From Basidiobolus meristosporus CBS 931.73 (lineage: Eukaryota > Fungi > Basidiobolomycota): a stretch of DNA of 64,000 bases. Location of the stretch: assembly GCA_002104905.1 (NCBI GenBank), contig MCFE01000387.1:1-64000 (forward strand), in the 5' to 3' direction. Positions 35,901-49,935 of the stretch are shown here, in pieces. Below the pieces are notes generated by a model. The model saw only the letters and a program-made list of their open reading frames with translations, did no database searches and was not told the DNA's origin. The position numbers and the translations under genes were made by a program. How positions within the stretch are numbered: the stretch's first letter is position 1; every line of letters starts with the position of its first letter.

Positions 35901-37722
35901 AGCCTAGGGGCGACATTGAGCGTCTTTCTCGGTGGAGTATTGAGCTTGTATTTCCGGGTGAAAATCCGGCGGTACCACGAGTTAAGGCTGCTAAGGTTGA
36001 AGGGCGTATGACCGAAAATGTAGGACCGATATTCCGCTCATGGCCATGGCCAGCAAAATACGAAGACAACGGCGGAGAAACAACATGCCCTGAGCTTCCT
36101 CTGCCACTTCCTTGTCTGTAGGAAACAGTCTGCGCATTTAGCGTAATGGGAGAGACAGGCTGGGAGACAGCAGATTTATGACCTACAGCCTGGAGAGCAG
36201 CTAAGTATATAAACGATTGGTTGCCATTTCAGCACCTCTTACTTACAACGAAGTTGGGATCATCGATGGGCCATAGTCGGAGGTGTTGATCATTTGACCA
36301 ACTCACTAACTGAAATTCCCGAAAATCTTGAAAGGTTTCTTCATGTTAGACAACAGTGGAATTGGGTGCGAAACAACAATCTACCTTTATCGCCCATCGT
36401 GTCGCCTCGAATGCGCCATACAAACTCTCGAATGGTGTCTGTGTGGCCCTCGAACTTACATACAGGTTTGCTGAGGTCGCTACGGCTCCACATATACAGG
36501 CTGGGGTCACCGCGTTGCGGCATCGTAATAATACCGTCTCCGAATGGCTGGTTGATTTCAAGAAATGTTAGAAATAACATTTCATACCCGGATTTATGAA
36601 AGTACAAGTACTGACTGTAAATCTTGCCCGACGTATAGGTGAATTCGTAGTGATGGTTCCGCGACATACGGATGGATCATCGATGTTCCAGATCTAACAA
36701 AACGTTCGTTCCATGCGATAAGGATGGAACGTCCCAAGGTTTCTTCACTCATTAATAAGCTTACCTTGACGGTCTTGTCTAAACCGCACGTTAATATTTC
36801 CTTCGGGTTGTGTGTGTTCCAGTTAATGCCGAAAATTCGATTGTTTTGGGGCGAAAACTTTATAACTGGTTCGGTTCCTTTCTAGAAGACATCAGCAATC
36901 GATTAATAACCATCTTTCACCAAAATAATGATGGATACGTGCTCTGCAATCCCATATGTTAAGCTCTGTTTCATGCGAGGAAGCGATCATATATTCGTTG
37001 TTTGGGTTGAAGTCAATCTGTGTAGCACCAGCTTCGTTGTAGATGTTATTATTTGTCCCTAGTAAACGTGGCAGCTATGTTCGTATTGTACCTGTCCATG
37101 CGCAAAATGACTGGCTTGGCTTGGAAGGGGTTCTCAAATCCCATATATGTACAAAAGTATCGATTGAGGAGGTTCCGAGAAGCTGTGGATCAATCGGGGA
37201 CCAAGAAACATCGGTGATGGCTCTCGAATGACCATGCAGAACATATTCGATAGATCTTGGTGCTGATGAGGCCACATTCCAAACAAGCGTTTTTTGGTTG
37301 GCCTGTGTGGTTAACAATACAGTGAACAATAATTCGTGGCAATCTGATGTTATAAATGAGTACCGTGGAGACAATCCAAGTATCTCGAGAATTATGGGGA
37401 TTCCACATAACATCTGCCACATCCCATCGGGAATAATGGTGAATGACTCTAGGCGGCTTATAAGGCGTTTCCAAGTCCAATATGTACAATCCTACACGAC
37501 TTTCACATATTTATCAGCACTGAGAACCTGAAACAAATTACGAAGCAACAACACCCACGAGGCGAGCACTATATCTCGGCCAGACGGTGATATGGACATA
37601 TTCCTGACTGGCGTATCAATGCGTATGGAAAGCTGTTGATAAAAAGAGGACACTGCCGACGAACTTTTTCGCCTAAACGGGGGCTCCTCCAATACCGGTT
37701 GTTTTAGTTCCTCCACTGTCAT
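32962..37722 (-). CDS. MTC5: WDR59/Mtc5 (Sea3) GATOR2/SEACAT subunit: WD40 + RWD + C-terminal zinc finger; multi-exon
   Basis: N-terminal NMSISPSGRDIVLAS..YILDLETPYKPPRVIHHYSRWDVADVMWNPH..YVLHGHSRAITDVSW; RWD RTCTLTLNGPW..FLRVNITFPTDYP; PFPRMCGAVFTGNG; YRLAYAETLYRWGLLDARAEVLK; C-terminal CVICRVTVKG..FCLLCLHGGHSNHIRDWFSSNQMCPTGCGCLC. Confidence 0.92.
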
Positions 37723-38234
37723 TTCTCGCCTTTATGATGTGTGTTCCTCCTATTAAAATCTTGCAATAATCCAGCTATCAGGGCATTAACGTATAGAGCA
37801 AGGTGACTGGGAATTCGTTTTAATAGTAGAGCCGTATCCACGTGATGAAAGTATTTTATCCACACATCCATTAGATGTCGAGAAATAATCTCGTTGGAAA
37901 TAATTCCTCACAATATTAGCGAACCCCCGCAAATAGAAGATAAACATTGCCTGCCAGAAGTACGCACTAATCACGAAGGCGATCTTGGATACATATTCAA
38001 TAAGCCTCCATAGCCCAGAGTCGATTCATTTCATGAATACTAGGATTATGATTTGTGAAATTTATTTTTACACGGACAACATAATGAGCCCAATACTGCA
38101 AGAAATCTGCTACATTTTCCGATTCGGACTTGGCGAACGAATTATACAAAACTCATTCAATACAGAAGACGAACATCACTACTACGTACTAATTCTAATG
38201 GGGTTGTAATGGCACGTTTTGTGCAGCCGAAGGT

Positions 38235-38847
38235 TTAGAAATCCAAGTCGGCAGCTTCGGTATCCATTCCGGTGTGCATGTCAACAAACTCGGCACCACC
38301 AGCAGCTCTGGCTTCTTGTTCCGCACGAGCGCGAGTTAGATCATACTATATTTTCGACCATTGTTGAGTTTATGAAGCACGTAACAGGTAACCTGGATCA
38401 AGTGCTTACCTCAAACCTTTGTCTAATAGTTCCGTATTCCCCGATCAATTCGTTGATGGCATCTGACAGGGCAGCGACTGGGGTTGTTTCGGGTGTAGTT
38501 TGGATTTTCAGTTGGAAAAGATGTTCCAATGGATGTGGGGCCTTGTAGCCAGCGAACAATACACGGGGATCTTTTAGAAGTTGGCTACACGAGATACATA
38601 TTATTAGATATAGCTCCAGCTAAGCATCAATCCTTCACTGGCACTTACAAGCGCAAAATATTTGCTAAAGTGTGATCTTCCTTTTGGATCGTAATAGTCG
38701 CGGCATTGGGAATTTTGTTATCAGGCTCTACCGAAACCCTACAAAACGAAGTAAGAATCACGGGAGAAAATTTTCAGAGTCTGGAGGCAAGTACTTTTTA
38801 ACGCCCTCTGGAAGAATAAATAATTCGAAACGATCTGGTGCGTTCAT
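38235..38847 (-). CDS. RPB11: RNA polymerase II subunit Rpb11 (POLR2J); multi-exon
   Basis: MNAPDRFELFILPEGVK..PDNKIPNAATITIQKEDHTLANILR..QLLKDPRVLFAGYKAPHPLEH..IQTTPETTPVAAL. Not present in the ORF track. Confidence 0.95.
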
Positions 38848-39470
38848 TGTAGTAGTGAAGTTGTCTGGGAAGAGTTAATACACTCTTTAGGAAAACCTTA
38901 TTGCTGGGATGATATCGAAATATATCGTGATTATTCAATCGAAATCATGTTAAATGTTGAGTAAAATTTTGTGATGGTCATTATTGAGATAAAAATGAGC
39001 CTATAAACAATACTACGTTTAAGCAGAGAGCAACTTTCAACAAGCATCCGCTTTTGATAAACCACTTCCATTGGCATGTTTTCCTTCGTGATATTACTTG
39101 ATTGTTACAAATACTTCATATTCTGGAGATATAATAACATCATTCAGAGTATAAGTAACTCTCAGAAAACAGTATTGCTTTATGATAATATGTCTGATGG
39201 CGAAGTTCAAAGTACATGTGCCAACATATATTGTGAATTTCCCTCAAAGACTTGGTTGTGCTAGACATTGAACATGAATACAAATATGTGTAATCGTTAA
39301 AACACATTCAGTTGTATTGACCACGTTGACTTGTTGGATACTATATGATGTAAAATCTGGTGATAATGGGTCACTGAAGCTCATATATATCGAAGTTGAT
39401 CAAAGCGAATGTCATTAAGTCAAAGATTCCGCAGGTGGGTGTTCACCATGAAGAATACGTGCGCTCACAT

Positions 39471-40491
39471 TCAATCAATCTGGATAGATTGCTTGGGTGG
39501 TCCGTCTTCAATTTGGACAACTCCGTTGATCTCAGTTTGTGAGTGTCCATTGGGAAAAACGGTTGTGGTTGTTACGTTGCCCTGAACACACACATTATTA
39601 GTAGTTATTTCTACGTTGCTGCTGCAATGAAATGGCAAGTTACCTGGGCATCGGTTGTTCGTGTTACGGTCGTTCTCTGGCCGTTTACGATACGAGTTGA
39701 AGTTGACGACGATACTCCCCCACCGTTGAAGGATCCAAAATTACCGAACGAGGAGAAGTTAGAGAACGAGTTGTCGAACCCAGAGTTGTGGAATCCGTTC
39801 ATTGGAAAGGGCGGCTGAAACGCATTTCCAAAGAAACCGTTGTTCATCCCCCCAAAGGGGGCCATGGGTTGCGCAAAAAAGGGATCTCTGCCAAACATGC
39901 CACCATCTGTGTAACCCGGTTAGTAAAGCCTCGCGCTCCCTATTTTGTTGAAGCAACTTACGGTTTCCAAAAAAGTTGGCGAACGGATCCTGGCCATTGA
40001 AGAAAGTTCTGAAGATTTCGTCAGGAGAATGGAACTATTCAAACACGATTAGAAGCACCCCAGAAGTTGATTAGTGAGTTCAAAAATACCTGGAAGCCAC
40101 CAGAGAAACCTGGGTTTGTACCATATCCACCAGATGAGCCCCCATTTTTGAGGCCTTGCTCTCCTACATAGCAATATTTAGCGCACTGAATGTACTAGAA
40201 GAAATTCTGGAACTTACCGTAGCGATCATAGATAGCACGCTTCTCCGCTATACAAAAAATGGGTCAATGCAAGGGTTTACGTGAATAAAAATAAATGGCG
40301 ACAATACCATCTCCCAGCACTTCGTATGCTTCTGCCAGTAGTTTGAACTTATGCTCTGCTTCTTCCTTGCGATCTAGATTTCTATCTGGGTGCCACTGCA
40401 AAGAACCCTTACGATAGGCTTTTTTGATGTCGTTTTCAGTGGCATCTACAGAGACGTTGAGGATTTCGTAGTATCTGGTTTCAATTGCCAT
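39471..40491 (-). CDS. J-domain co-chaperone, DNAJB6/B8-like (J + G/F-rich + S/T-rich beta domain); multi-exon
   Basis: [47 protein letters not shown]; G/F-rich region; [47 protein letters not shown]. Confidence 0.88.
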
Positions 40492-41442
40492 GGCTACTAT
40501 GAATTACGAGTGTAAATTACAAAGGATAAGCGACATGTAGGGCACAGAGGTAATGTTATCCTTAAACAACAAATGCTGCAATGACATCACAGTCGCAATC
40601 ACCATGCAATCAATCCTGTATCAGGAATGAAGGCAATCAATGCCGGCTTCAATATTATTGGCTAGTAGAAATATACGGATCAAGTGGCATTTAACCTTGA
40701 CAGTCCAAATTCTCGATACGCACCCACACTTTGAAAAGCAGGCCGGCAAATGTAAATGTGGAGCCCCTCCCCAATATTCCCCACCAATCCTCTAACACAA
40801 CATCGGAGCAGAAAGTATAACCAAATGATATTAAACTACGCATTGATTTGTAGGTATTATAAGCAACATTTCCCAACAGTTCAGGGAACAGATTCATCCC
40901 GTTATTATTTATATGATTCCCGAGATAAATGCTGGACTTGGAGACCTGCTGCTGGCGACAAGATCAAGATGAAGATGGAGTATGACCAATACTGACGCCT
41001 CCATCAGGGCCAATGGGAGTTCAAGCTCATTTTTCGTCACATGGGGATTTTGGAAATGATCATTGTGAGTCACTACTTCCATGCTCCAGGTGTGGTAACA
41101 GCCGATTAATACGTTTCACGAGAAGGGCTTTCGAAGAGGAACCGGTATATTTATATTCATTTGTGTTCAGAGGAGTAGGCTGATTGTACTAGGCAGTGGC
41201 CAACATGCGTTCCACATATAGTACGGGATTAGCTTTGACAAACTATCAAGCCACATGACTCAAGAATCATGAGTTCCTTTCTTGGGTATAGCCTTTGATT
41301 ATCAGTGCTGGTCATTGTGATTTGCATAATATTCTGCAAAATGCTACTTATTACTGGGTCTCGAGAGAGTACTTAAATTCAGCACCCCCACTGATTTATC
41401 AACCATTCTTGACCTTTATACAATCTCTGTTGTAACTGCGTC

Positions 41443-43542
41443 ATGTCGCACCTTACTTCTATTCTAAATTCAACAAAATGTTGCAACCTGTCTCAGACCG
41501 CCAAAAGGTATGTTCAGTTTTGGATTCCAGCAATCTGGCTCCTCATTAAAGTGTGCCTTTTGCAATTCAGAGCGTGCTGTGCCTTGCCTACAGCTATCTC
41601 TAGCACCACTCGTGCCTACTCTTCAGACAGCAAGCCCATCAACAGGTTCAGCGCCAAAATTACCCAGCCCAAATCCCAAGGCGCCTCTCAAGCTATGCGT
41701 ATGTATCCCCTTCAATACGCTCAAGTAACCCGATCCAATATCAATTATACGTTGCTCTAGTTTATGCAACCGGTCTCCAGCCTGAAGATATGAACAAGGC
41801 ACAAGTTGGTATTTCCAGCGTGTGAGTACATGTCCCTTTTTGTTATGACAGCATGGTTATTAAATTCCTATTCATCTTAGCTGGTATGAGGGAAATCCAT
41901 GCAACATGCACCTTATGGATTTGGCCAAAGTCGTGAAGGACGGAGTCGCACAAGCCGGACTTATTGGATATCGTTTTAACACCATCGGTGTAAGTGATGG
42001 TATCAGTATGGGGACCAGAGGCATGTCATACTCTCTACAATCTAGAGATATTATTGCTGATTCCATTGAAACCGTCATGAACGGACAATGGTATGATGCC
42101 AACATCTCCCTTCCCGGTAAGCATTTCCCGTTTTTGTATCCTGGCTACTTTGGCTGACGTCTAGCTAGGCTGTGATAAGAACATGCCCGGTTGTTTGATT
42201 GCCATGGCCCGCGTCAACCGCCCCTCATTGGTAGTTTATGGTGGAACCATCAAACCTGGTAAATCTGGTTGTGGTGGTGGCTCCCTTGATATCGTTTCTG
42301 CATTCCAATGCTATGGCCAATATCTTGCCGGTTCTATTACTGAAGAGCAACGCAGTGACATCGTCAGAAATGCCTGTCCTGGTGCTGGTGCTTGCGGAGG
42401 AATGTACACTGCTAACACAAGTAATATGATTGTATATGTAGTTTTCTGATAGCGCAATATGCTAAACCTTTACTTTAGTGGCCAGTGCTATTGAAGCTAT
42501 GGGAATGTGCCTTCCTTACAGCTCCTCCACCCCTGCTGAGTACCCTGAGAAACTTCAAGAATGTCTTCAGGCCGGTGCTGCTATCCGCAACCTTTTAGAG
42601 AATGATATCAAGCCTAGAGATATTATGACCAGAGAGGCCTTTGAGAACGCCATTACTTTGATCATGGCATTGGGTGGCTCTACCAACGCTGTTCTGCACT
42701 TGATTGCTGTTGCTAGAGCTTGCAATGTAGAGTTAACTATTGATGACTTCCAGAAGATCAGTGACAAAACTCCATTCATTGCCGATTTGAAGCCAAGTGG
42801 TAAATATGTCATGGAAGACGTTCATACCATTGGTGGCACACCAGCCATTCTCAAGTACCTGATGGAAGAAGGGTTGATCCACGGTGATTGTTTGACAGTT
42901 ACCGGAAAGACCCTGAAAGAAAATCTTGCTGAGGTTCCTGGATTGAAGGAAAATCAAGATGTTATTCTGCCACTTTCCAAGCCCATCAAAGCCACAGGCC
43001 ATCTCCAAATCCTTCGTGGTAACCTTGCTCCCGAGGGATCTGTAGCCAAGATCACAGGTAAAGAGGGATTGAGATTTGATGGTACCGCTCGTGTATTCAA
43101 CTGTGAAGAAGACATGTTGAGCTCTCTCGAACGTAAGGAGATTCAAAAGGGCGATGTCATCATCATTCGCTACGAAGGTCCAAAGGGTGGACCAGGTATG
43201 CCAGAAATGTTAACACCTACCAGTGCCATTATGGGTGCTGGTCTTGGTAACGACGTTGCCTTATTGACTGACGGTCGATTCTCTGGTGGAAGTCACGGAT
43301 TCATTATTGGTCACATCACGCCCGAGGCTCAAGTCGGTGGACCCATCGCTTTGGTAGAGAACGGCGACAAAGTTACCATTGATGCTGAAACCAAGAAGAT
43401 GACTGTTCATGTCAGCGATGAGGTGTTTGCCGAGCGTCGTAGCAAGTGGACGCCTCCCGCCCTGAAAACCAACCGTGGTACTCTTCATAAATACATCAAG
43501 AATGTCAAGTCTGCATCTGAAGGATGTGTTACCGATGAGTAA
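41443..43542 (+). CDS. ILV3: Mitochondrial dihydroxy-acid dehydratase; multi-exon
   Basis: Presequence, then [119 protein letters not shown]. Confidence 0.97.
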
Positions 43543-44021
43543 TTTTTTATGACTCCATCTTCCGAAAGCATAATGGCCAAGCACCCATCCATGATTATTA
43601 GTTAACACGTTGTTGATTTTATATTTCGGATTCAACATAGCATCTTTCATCACATCCTTCATGTAAACATTTCACCTAATAAACTTATCTAGAAATCCAA
43701 TACCGCTTACCTGGTCATTGATTGGTTGGATAAGGGTGGATTTGCAACCACTCTGGAAAATATAAATGAGGATAAACTCTCCATATCGATCAAGAACAAT
43801 TCAAATTCCATTACTAAATCCATGCAGGATAGCACACCAATGGAGCAATGATACGTTGCATCATATATCCTTTGTGACCGGCATTAAAAACCAGCCATAA
43901 ATTCTTAAAGCTTGTTTGGTTTGAAGACAATATTTATTGTGTGTATTCAAACAGGATATGGGAATTTAAGAGTATGTATGAAGGCATGCCTTGATTATTT
44001 AACTACTTAAGGGCATGTAGC

Positions 44022-44618
44022 TTATTTGGACATCTATATGAATGGATGGGAGGTATTAGTTTTCGCGCTGAGGAAAGAGGAAGCAATAGTGCCAAGAATA
44101 CATACCATCATCTTGACGAATTCGTCATAGTTGATTTGACCGTCACCATCGACATCAGCTTCGCGGATCATCTCGTCAACCTCCTCATCAGTAAGCTTCT
44201 CTCCGAGGTTGGTCATGACGTGACGGAGTTCGGCAGCAGAGATGAAACCGTTGCCATCTTTGTCGAAAACTTTGAAGGCCTCCTTAATCTCTTCCTCGGA
44301 GTCGGTGTCCTTCATCTTGCGAGCCATCAAGGTCAAGAATTCGGTAAAGTCAATTTGACCGTTGCCGTCGGCATCAATCTCACTGACCATATCTTGTAGC
44401 TCGGCCTCAGTTGGGTTTTGGCCAAGGGAGCGCATGACAGTTCCTAGCTCCTTGGTAGTGATGCTGCCATCACCATCTTTGTCAAAGAGAGAGAAAGCTT
44501 CCTTAAATTCGGCAATTTGCTCTTCGGTAAGTTGGTTGGCCTATAGGATAAGGAGAGCTTAAATCAATACACTGATACAGAGACTGTGGAGGATGACATG
44601 GTGGTCAACACATACCAT
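44022..44618 (-). CDS. CMD1: Calmodulin; 3 exons (ATG-only first exon)
   Basis: [115 protein letters not shown]. Confidence 0.98.
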
Positions 44619-45222
44619 AGTGATAGAGAAAAGCAAGAATGGGATTCTACTCTTGCATCATGAGAATGGTAAGCTCTATAAAGGGGACATGTGGGCACAT
44701 TTCAGACAACAAATCAGCTACGTTCAATGTTGGCAGCCCAATCAGAGGGAATTCAGCAAATCTGGTACATAAACTTCGTTCAACTCAAAGCTGCACACTT
44801 ACGTTGGCTTTGTGAAAGGCTCAGTAGAATGGAGATATATATGTATAAATGGACATACATTAAAAACTCGATCAATCTCAGCCTAGTTTCAATTGCAATG
44901 GTTATGCTGTGGGCACCAATTAATGGGGTAAGCCGAAGACACGTACTGTAGGATTTGCCAAAATTATGATGTGCTGACCCGAATCAGATGATCGGAAAAT
45001 TTTGGAATCGGCTGGCTCAGAGGGTTGGTGAGGAAGAGTATTGAGATGGGTTCAACAGCCATTGAAATTCCTTCTCCTTCAATTTCTACTTTTGTTGACC
45101 ACGGTACGTTAGCATATCATCAAAGGATGAGATCCATCCAACAAGTAGCCGTAGCTAGTTGGGATCTAAAGGACGAAAATGACAGCGTCAGGACTAACTC
45201 TCTTTAAATAAGGATAGCAATC

Positions 45223-45757
45223 ATGAACCCCGAAAAACTTGCCAAGCTTCAATCCCAAGTTCGTATTGGTGGTAAGGGTACTCCTCGTCGTAAGGTCAAG
45301 AAGGCCACCAAGGCCTCCGGTACCGACGACAAGAAGCTTCAAGGTGTTATCAAGAAGTTGAACGTCCAACCCATCCCTGCTATTGATGAGGTCAACATGT
45401 TCAAGGATGATGGCAAGGTTCTTCACTTCACCGCTCCCAAGGGTACATATACGCTCCAACAAGATCCACACGAAGTGCCCATGACTAACGACGAATTTAT
45501 TTATAGTTGCTGCCTCTATCCAATCCAACACCTTCGTTATCTCCGGAAAGGGTGAGGACAAGGAACTTACTGAGCTTATTCCCGGAATCCTCCACCAACT
45601 TGGTCCTGAGTCCCTTGCTTCCCTTCGCAAGCTCGCTGAAGCTTACCAACAAGCTGAGGGTGCTGCTGGTGCTGCCGAGGATGATGAGGATGTCCCTCAA
45701 TTGGTTGAGAACTTCGAAGAGGCTTCCAAGGATGAGGAGAACAAGGAATCTGCTTAA
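45223..45757 (+). CDS. EGD1: Nascent polypeptide-associated complex beta subunit (BTF3); 2 exons
   Basis: [97 protein letters not shown]. Confidence 0.96.
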
Positions 45758-46363
45758 ATTAGCATAATTCCGGTCGGCACATTGTTGTTTTATAAAAGCT
45801 CATAAAAACCATTTGTAGATGCTAATATTGTGCCTAGTTGACCCTTCTTGAAGTAACTCGTCAAATAAATTTGCAATTAGCTCGAGTCTTTATTCATTGG
45901 CCATCGCGGCGTGTTGTCATTAATGCTCCTTAACGTATAGCCCTCCAATTTGCCAGAATTCAAGTCTCACCTCAGGTATTATTATTTCTATTCTGTCCAG
46001 ATATATATATACTGCCTTACGCCATCATTCAACCGGTGAAGTGGGCATCAACCAATTTAGGAACCAGCCCAAGGAGAGTATATGTACGTGTATTTGATAG
46101 CATATATGATGATTGACGTATTATGTATAAATATTATGGTGATAACGATTATTTTGGGATATTTCGATTTTTTTGATGTGTGCTTTGCTATGATGTTTAT
46201 TGCTACAATTGGCTTGTTATCCATTTATTGATTTTTATAGCTGGATTCGCAGTGTCCACTCATAGAGTTCTCATATCATCAATATACAAACGAGTCTTGG
46301 ATTTGAACTCTTCCCCACCCACTATCTCCGGCTGCTTTAGGTTTCACATTATTCTGAACTTCA

Positions 46364-47828
46364 ATGTCAACCGTCAACTTTAAAAAGGTGCTAGCTGATC
46401 TTCAAACGCAAGAAGGGAACAAGGTATTACTATGTCTACTTGCCATTTTTCGTAGGCCATCTTGCTTACGTTTGACTCAAATAGAATTGCATTGACTGTG
46501 GAGCTCCCAACCCACAATGGGCTTCAGTGACCCTAGGGATCTTCTTTTGTCTAGAGTGCTCTGGTGTTCATCGCTCTCTAGGCGTGCACATCAGGTAGTT
46601 TTTTAATGAGTTTGTTGTAGTAGCCATACATTAACAAAGAACAGCTTTGTCCGCTCTGTAACTATGGATAAATGGTCAAAGGAACAGTTGAAGCGTATGG
46701 AGGTACAGTTACTTTCAGTGAGACTTTGAAGTTCACCTTCACTCAATGGGTGCCTTTTAGTTGGGTGGAAATAAGAGAGCCTTAGAGTTTTTCGAGAGCC
46801 AACCTGATTATCGCGAGGGAATGTCAATTCGCGATAAATACACGAGTCATTTTGCCGATCTGTACCGTGAGAAGGTATTTGCTAAGGAATGTTTAAGGAT
46901 GTTCGTACGATTAGAGTATTGAGTGTTTTTGTAGCTTTCAGCAGAATGCGAAGGTCGTAAATTCAGCGTATCGTCAGCTCCAGTTTCTCGTTCAGCCTCA
47001 CCACGAATTGCGAGCAAAAAGCAAACAGCAACTTCACCAAAGCTAGGACATTCACAGCGTTCATTTTCGAGCTCCTCTTTCAATAGTAATCCTGCTAGCG
47101 AGGTGGAGCAAAGCGATTACTCTCAGAAGTCAAAGAATGAGGACTACTTTGCTCGCATGGGAATGCTTAATGAGAGTCGTCCTGATAACCTGCCTCCTAG
47201 TCAGGGCGGTAAATATGGTGGGTTTGGGAATTCCGCATACCAACCAGTCGATAGATCTACTTCAATGAACCCTCAAGATATTCTTGCAGACCCTATGAGC
47301 TATCTCTCGAAGGGTTGGTCTATGCTATCAGTTGGGGCATCGACTCTTGCCTCCGAGGGGGCTAAGCTTGCCGCCGTTGGTGCAGAAAAATTGCAAGAGC
47401 AAGTGCTTAAGCCAGCCACAGAGACTGTCACTGATCCCGATTTTACGAGAAATGTATCCAACTATGTGTCTACTTTTGGCCGAACTGTAACTGAGACCGG
47501 ATCTCGCGGTATCTCAATGTTTTCTGATTATGTTAATTCAGTCTCTCAAGGAGGACAGAGATCAACCAGCTCTTACGAGTATTCAAACCCTAATGAGAGC
47601 CATGATTATGATTCGTATCAGAGCCAGTCGAGGAATAATTACGATCCTAACCCTAGCTACAACTCCAATACTCATGATGAACCAAACAATGAAAACCACG
47701 GCTTACTGACCTCTAAAAGTAGCAGCAGTCCTCGTGCAGGCGCAGCCCGACTTTCACCTAGAGCTAGAAAGAAGACCCCCGTCAACAAGAATGATAGCTG
47801 GGATAATGAAGAATGGTCGTCATTCTAA
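46364..47828 (+). CDS. GCS1: ADP-ribosylation factor GAP (Gcs1/ArfGAP1); multi-exon
   Basis: [57 protein letters not shown]; C-terminal half [27 protein letters not shown]; ends WDNEEWSSF*. Confidence 0.93.
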
Positions 47829-48275
47829 GGCATCATTTTATCTCGCTGCAAGATGAGCAACCCCGTTTTTTCATTTCTTTTCTTATGTTTGTGTTGGGCA
47901 AATATCCACCAATTTGATACCAGCGAGCATTTACCTGACTTTTTATGTAAGTTCCGAATACACACACTACTTCCCTGGGCCACAACTATATTTACCTCGT
48001 TATTGTTTGTAAAATTGTATTAATCTATTTAAAAGCCATTTGGTTCCAGTAATCATTGCTTTACAATCTCCTAATAAATGATAGTGTTTGGGTAAGTGGG
48101 ATTTTCTAGATCAGGGCCTAGCCTAACAGTGACTAAATTTCGAAGTCAATAGTGTTGCTCCACTAATGATTATTCAAGCAATAATGAATTTTTTGGGATA
48201 GTTACCGATTACTGATATCATATCGTTCTTTCAAACGAATTTGTAGGTTTCGTTTCATCATTCTCTATAGCTGTT

Positions 48276-48817
48276 ATGCTTACTACCTCCAAACCCCTTG
48301 ACTCTCAGTTAACTCCTGAGAATTGGGAGGCTCCTTTGTTAACCTGGGAACTGATTCGGAATCGTATTGGTAGTGTCTAGTATTTTTCATCTCACTGAGT
48401 GCACTTGAGCTTAGTATTATTTCTGTAGAGACCGATTCAGTCCATCTACTACGTCGCTCGCTAAATGCCGAAAGAAAATACCGTGACTGGATTGTGAAAA
48501 TTAAGGAGGAATATGGGAGCACAGATGTGTATGTCCAACAGGTTGCCCTTGGTTGGCAGGATTCCGAGGGACGTACAGTAAAGGGACCTGACTATAAGTT
48601 TGTTCCGAACGACTTCCCTTATAATATGGAGGAAGGCCTAAGCCATTGGGTATTCTGGTATCGGAAAGACTACTCTTTGGAGGACATAAAGAGAATCTTA
48701 CAGCATGAGCTACCCGGCAAAGAATTCCAGTTTTTCATTAATCCCAAAGCTAGACAATCTGTCAAAACTGTTTCTCATGCACATGTCATGTTCAGAGAGA
48801 AAACTGCCGAAGAGTAG
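48276..48817 (+). CDS. DUF3605 / GIG1-like HIT-fold protein; 2 exons
   Basis: LTWELIRNRI/ETDSVHLLRRS..RKYRDW..FVPNDFPYNMEEGLSHWVFW..FFINPKARQSVKTVSHAHV matches the NDFPY..HxxxW..NP..SV..HxHV pattern. Confidence 0.8.
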
Positions 48818-49127
48818 GTACCTGGTCTATTGAGCTCCACTCCACTGAATATGTATATGTATATAGTCGTGTATCATACAGATAATATACCGACATCATA
48901 ATACATTGTAGTGTATTGCCAGGTTGAGCTCGACACATCTTAAACATTAATAAAACACTGATGATTAAAGTAAAACCAAAATTCCACGATCATCCAAGGA
49001 AATTTCTGGGAAGTGAATATTGGCTATGGCGCAAATCGGTAAATCGTCGAATCTAGACAGTGTGATATTAAAGGAAAGTTGCTTCTAATGTCCTTGGTCC
49101 CACTCAACTTGGTCTTTCTTTTGCAGT

Positions 49128-49842
49128 ATGCCAGAAACAAGAGTGCTTTTCGTGTGCCTTGGTGGGTGTTTTTATTGTTTCTAGCTATATGTTTAGTTTT
49201 TAATTCTTCTTCTCAGGCAACATATGTCGCTCACCCATGGCCGAGGCGGTGTTTGCACACACCGTAAAATCAAAGGGCCTAGGTGACAAATTCTTTATCG
49301 ATAGTGCCGGTACTGCAGCTTATCATGTCTGGATATTTCTTAAAAACCGAATTTTGTTAAGCAAATAATTGACACTGACGAGACAGGTTGGAGAAACTCC
49401 TGATTCAAGATCGGCTGCAACTTGTAGAAAGCACGGAGTTCCAGTTAACTCACGGGCTAGACAAGTTAGTGACACTATTTTTGCCGTGTTTTCGAAGATC
49501 CCTAGGGTTAACCAATTAACTTCTATAGGTGAGCGCGAAGGATTATACTGACTTTGATTACATCCTGTGCATGGACGAATCCAACCTGGCCAATTTGAAG
49601 GCGCGCAAACCCAAAAACTCAAAGGCTACAGGTAATCTTATATAGAAAAGCTTCCTATATCACAAGGTACCAGTTAGTTCTAATACCCTTGTCTACACAC
49701 AGTTGAGATGTTTGGTCGATTTGACCCTGAGGGCGAGTTGGTTATTGAGGATCCTTACTACGGAGGTCAAGATGGCTTCGAACACAACTTTAGACAGGTC
49801 ACTCGCTGCTCTCTGGGTTTCTTGAAGAGCTTAGGGTATTAG
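49128..49842 (+). CDS. LTP1: Low-molecular-weight protein-tyrosine phosphatase; multi-exon
   Basis: MPETRVLFVCLG/NICRSPMAEAVF (CX5R)..IDSAGTAAYH/VGETPDSRS..FDYILCMDESNL..VIEDPYYGG..QVTRCSLGFLKSLGY*. Confidence 0.95.
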
Positions 49843-49935
49843 GGCTTTTAGATTATTTATTTATCATCCATTATGCATACAAGCTTGAAAATGCAAATAA
49901 AGTACGTCTAGTGTCTATATGCTCTGGTGGGCGTC

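Noticed and set aside
8781-44618. Three Ca2+-binding genes (frequenin, copine-like, calmodulin) in one window
   Set aside because: Spread over 36 kb among unrelated housekeeping genes; consistent with chance.
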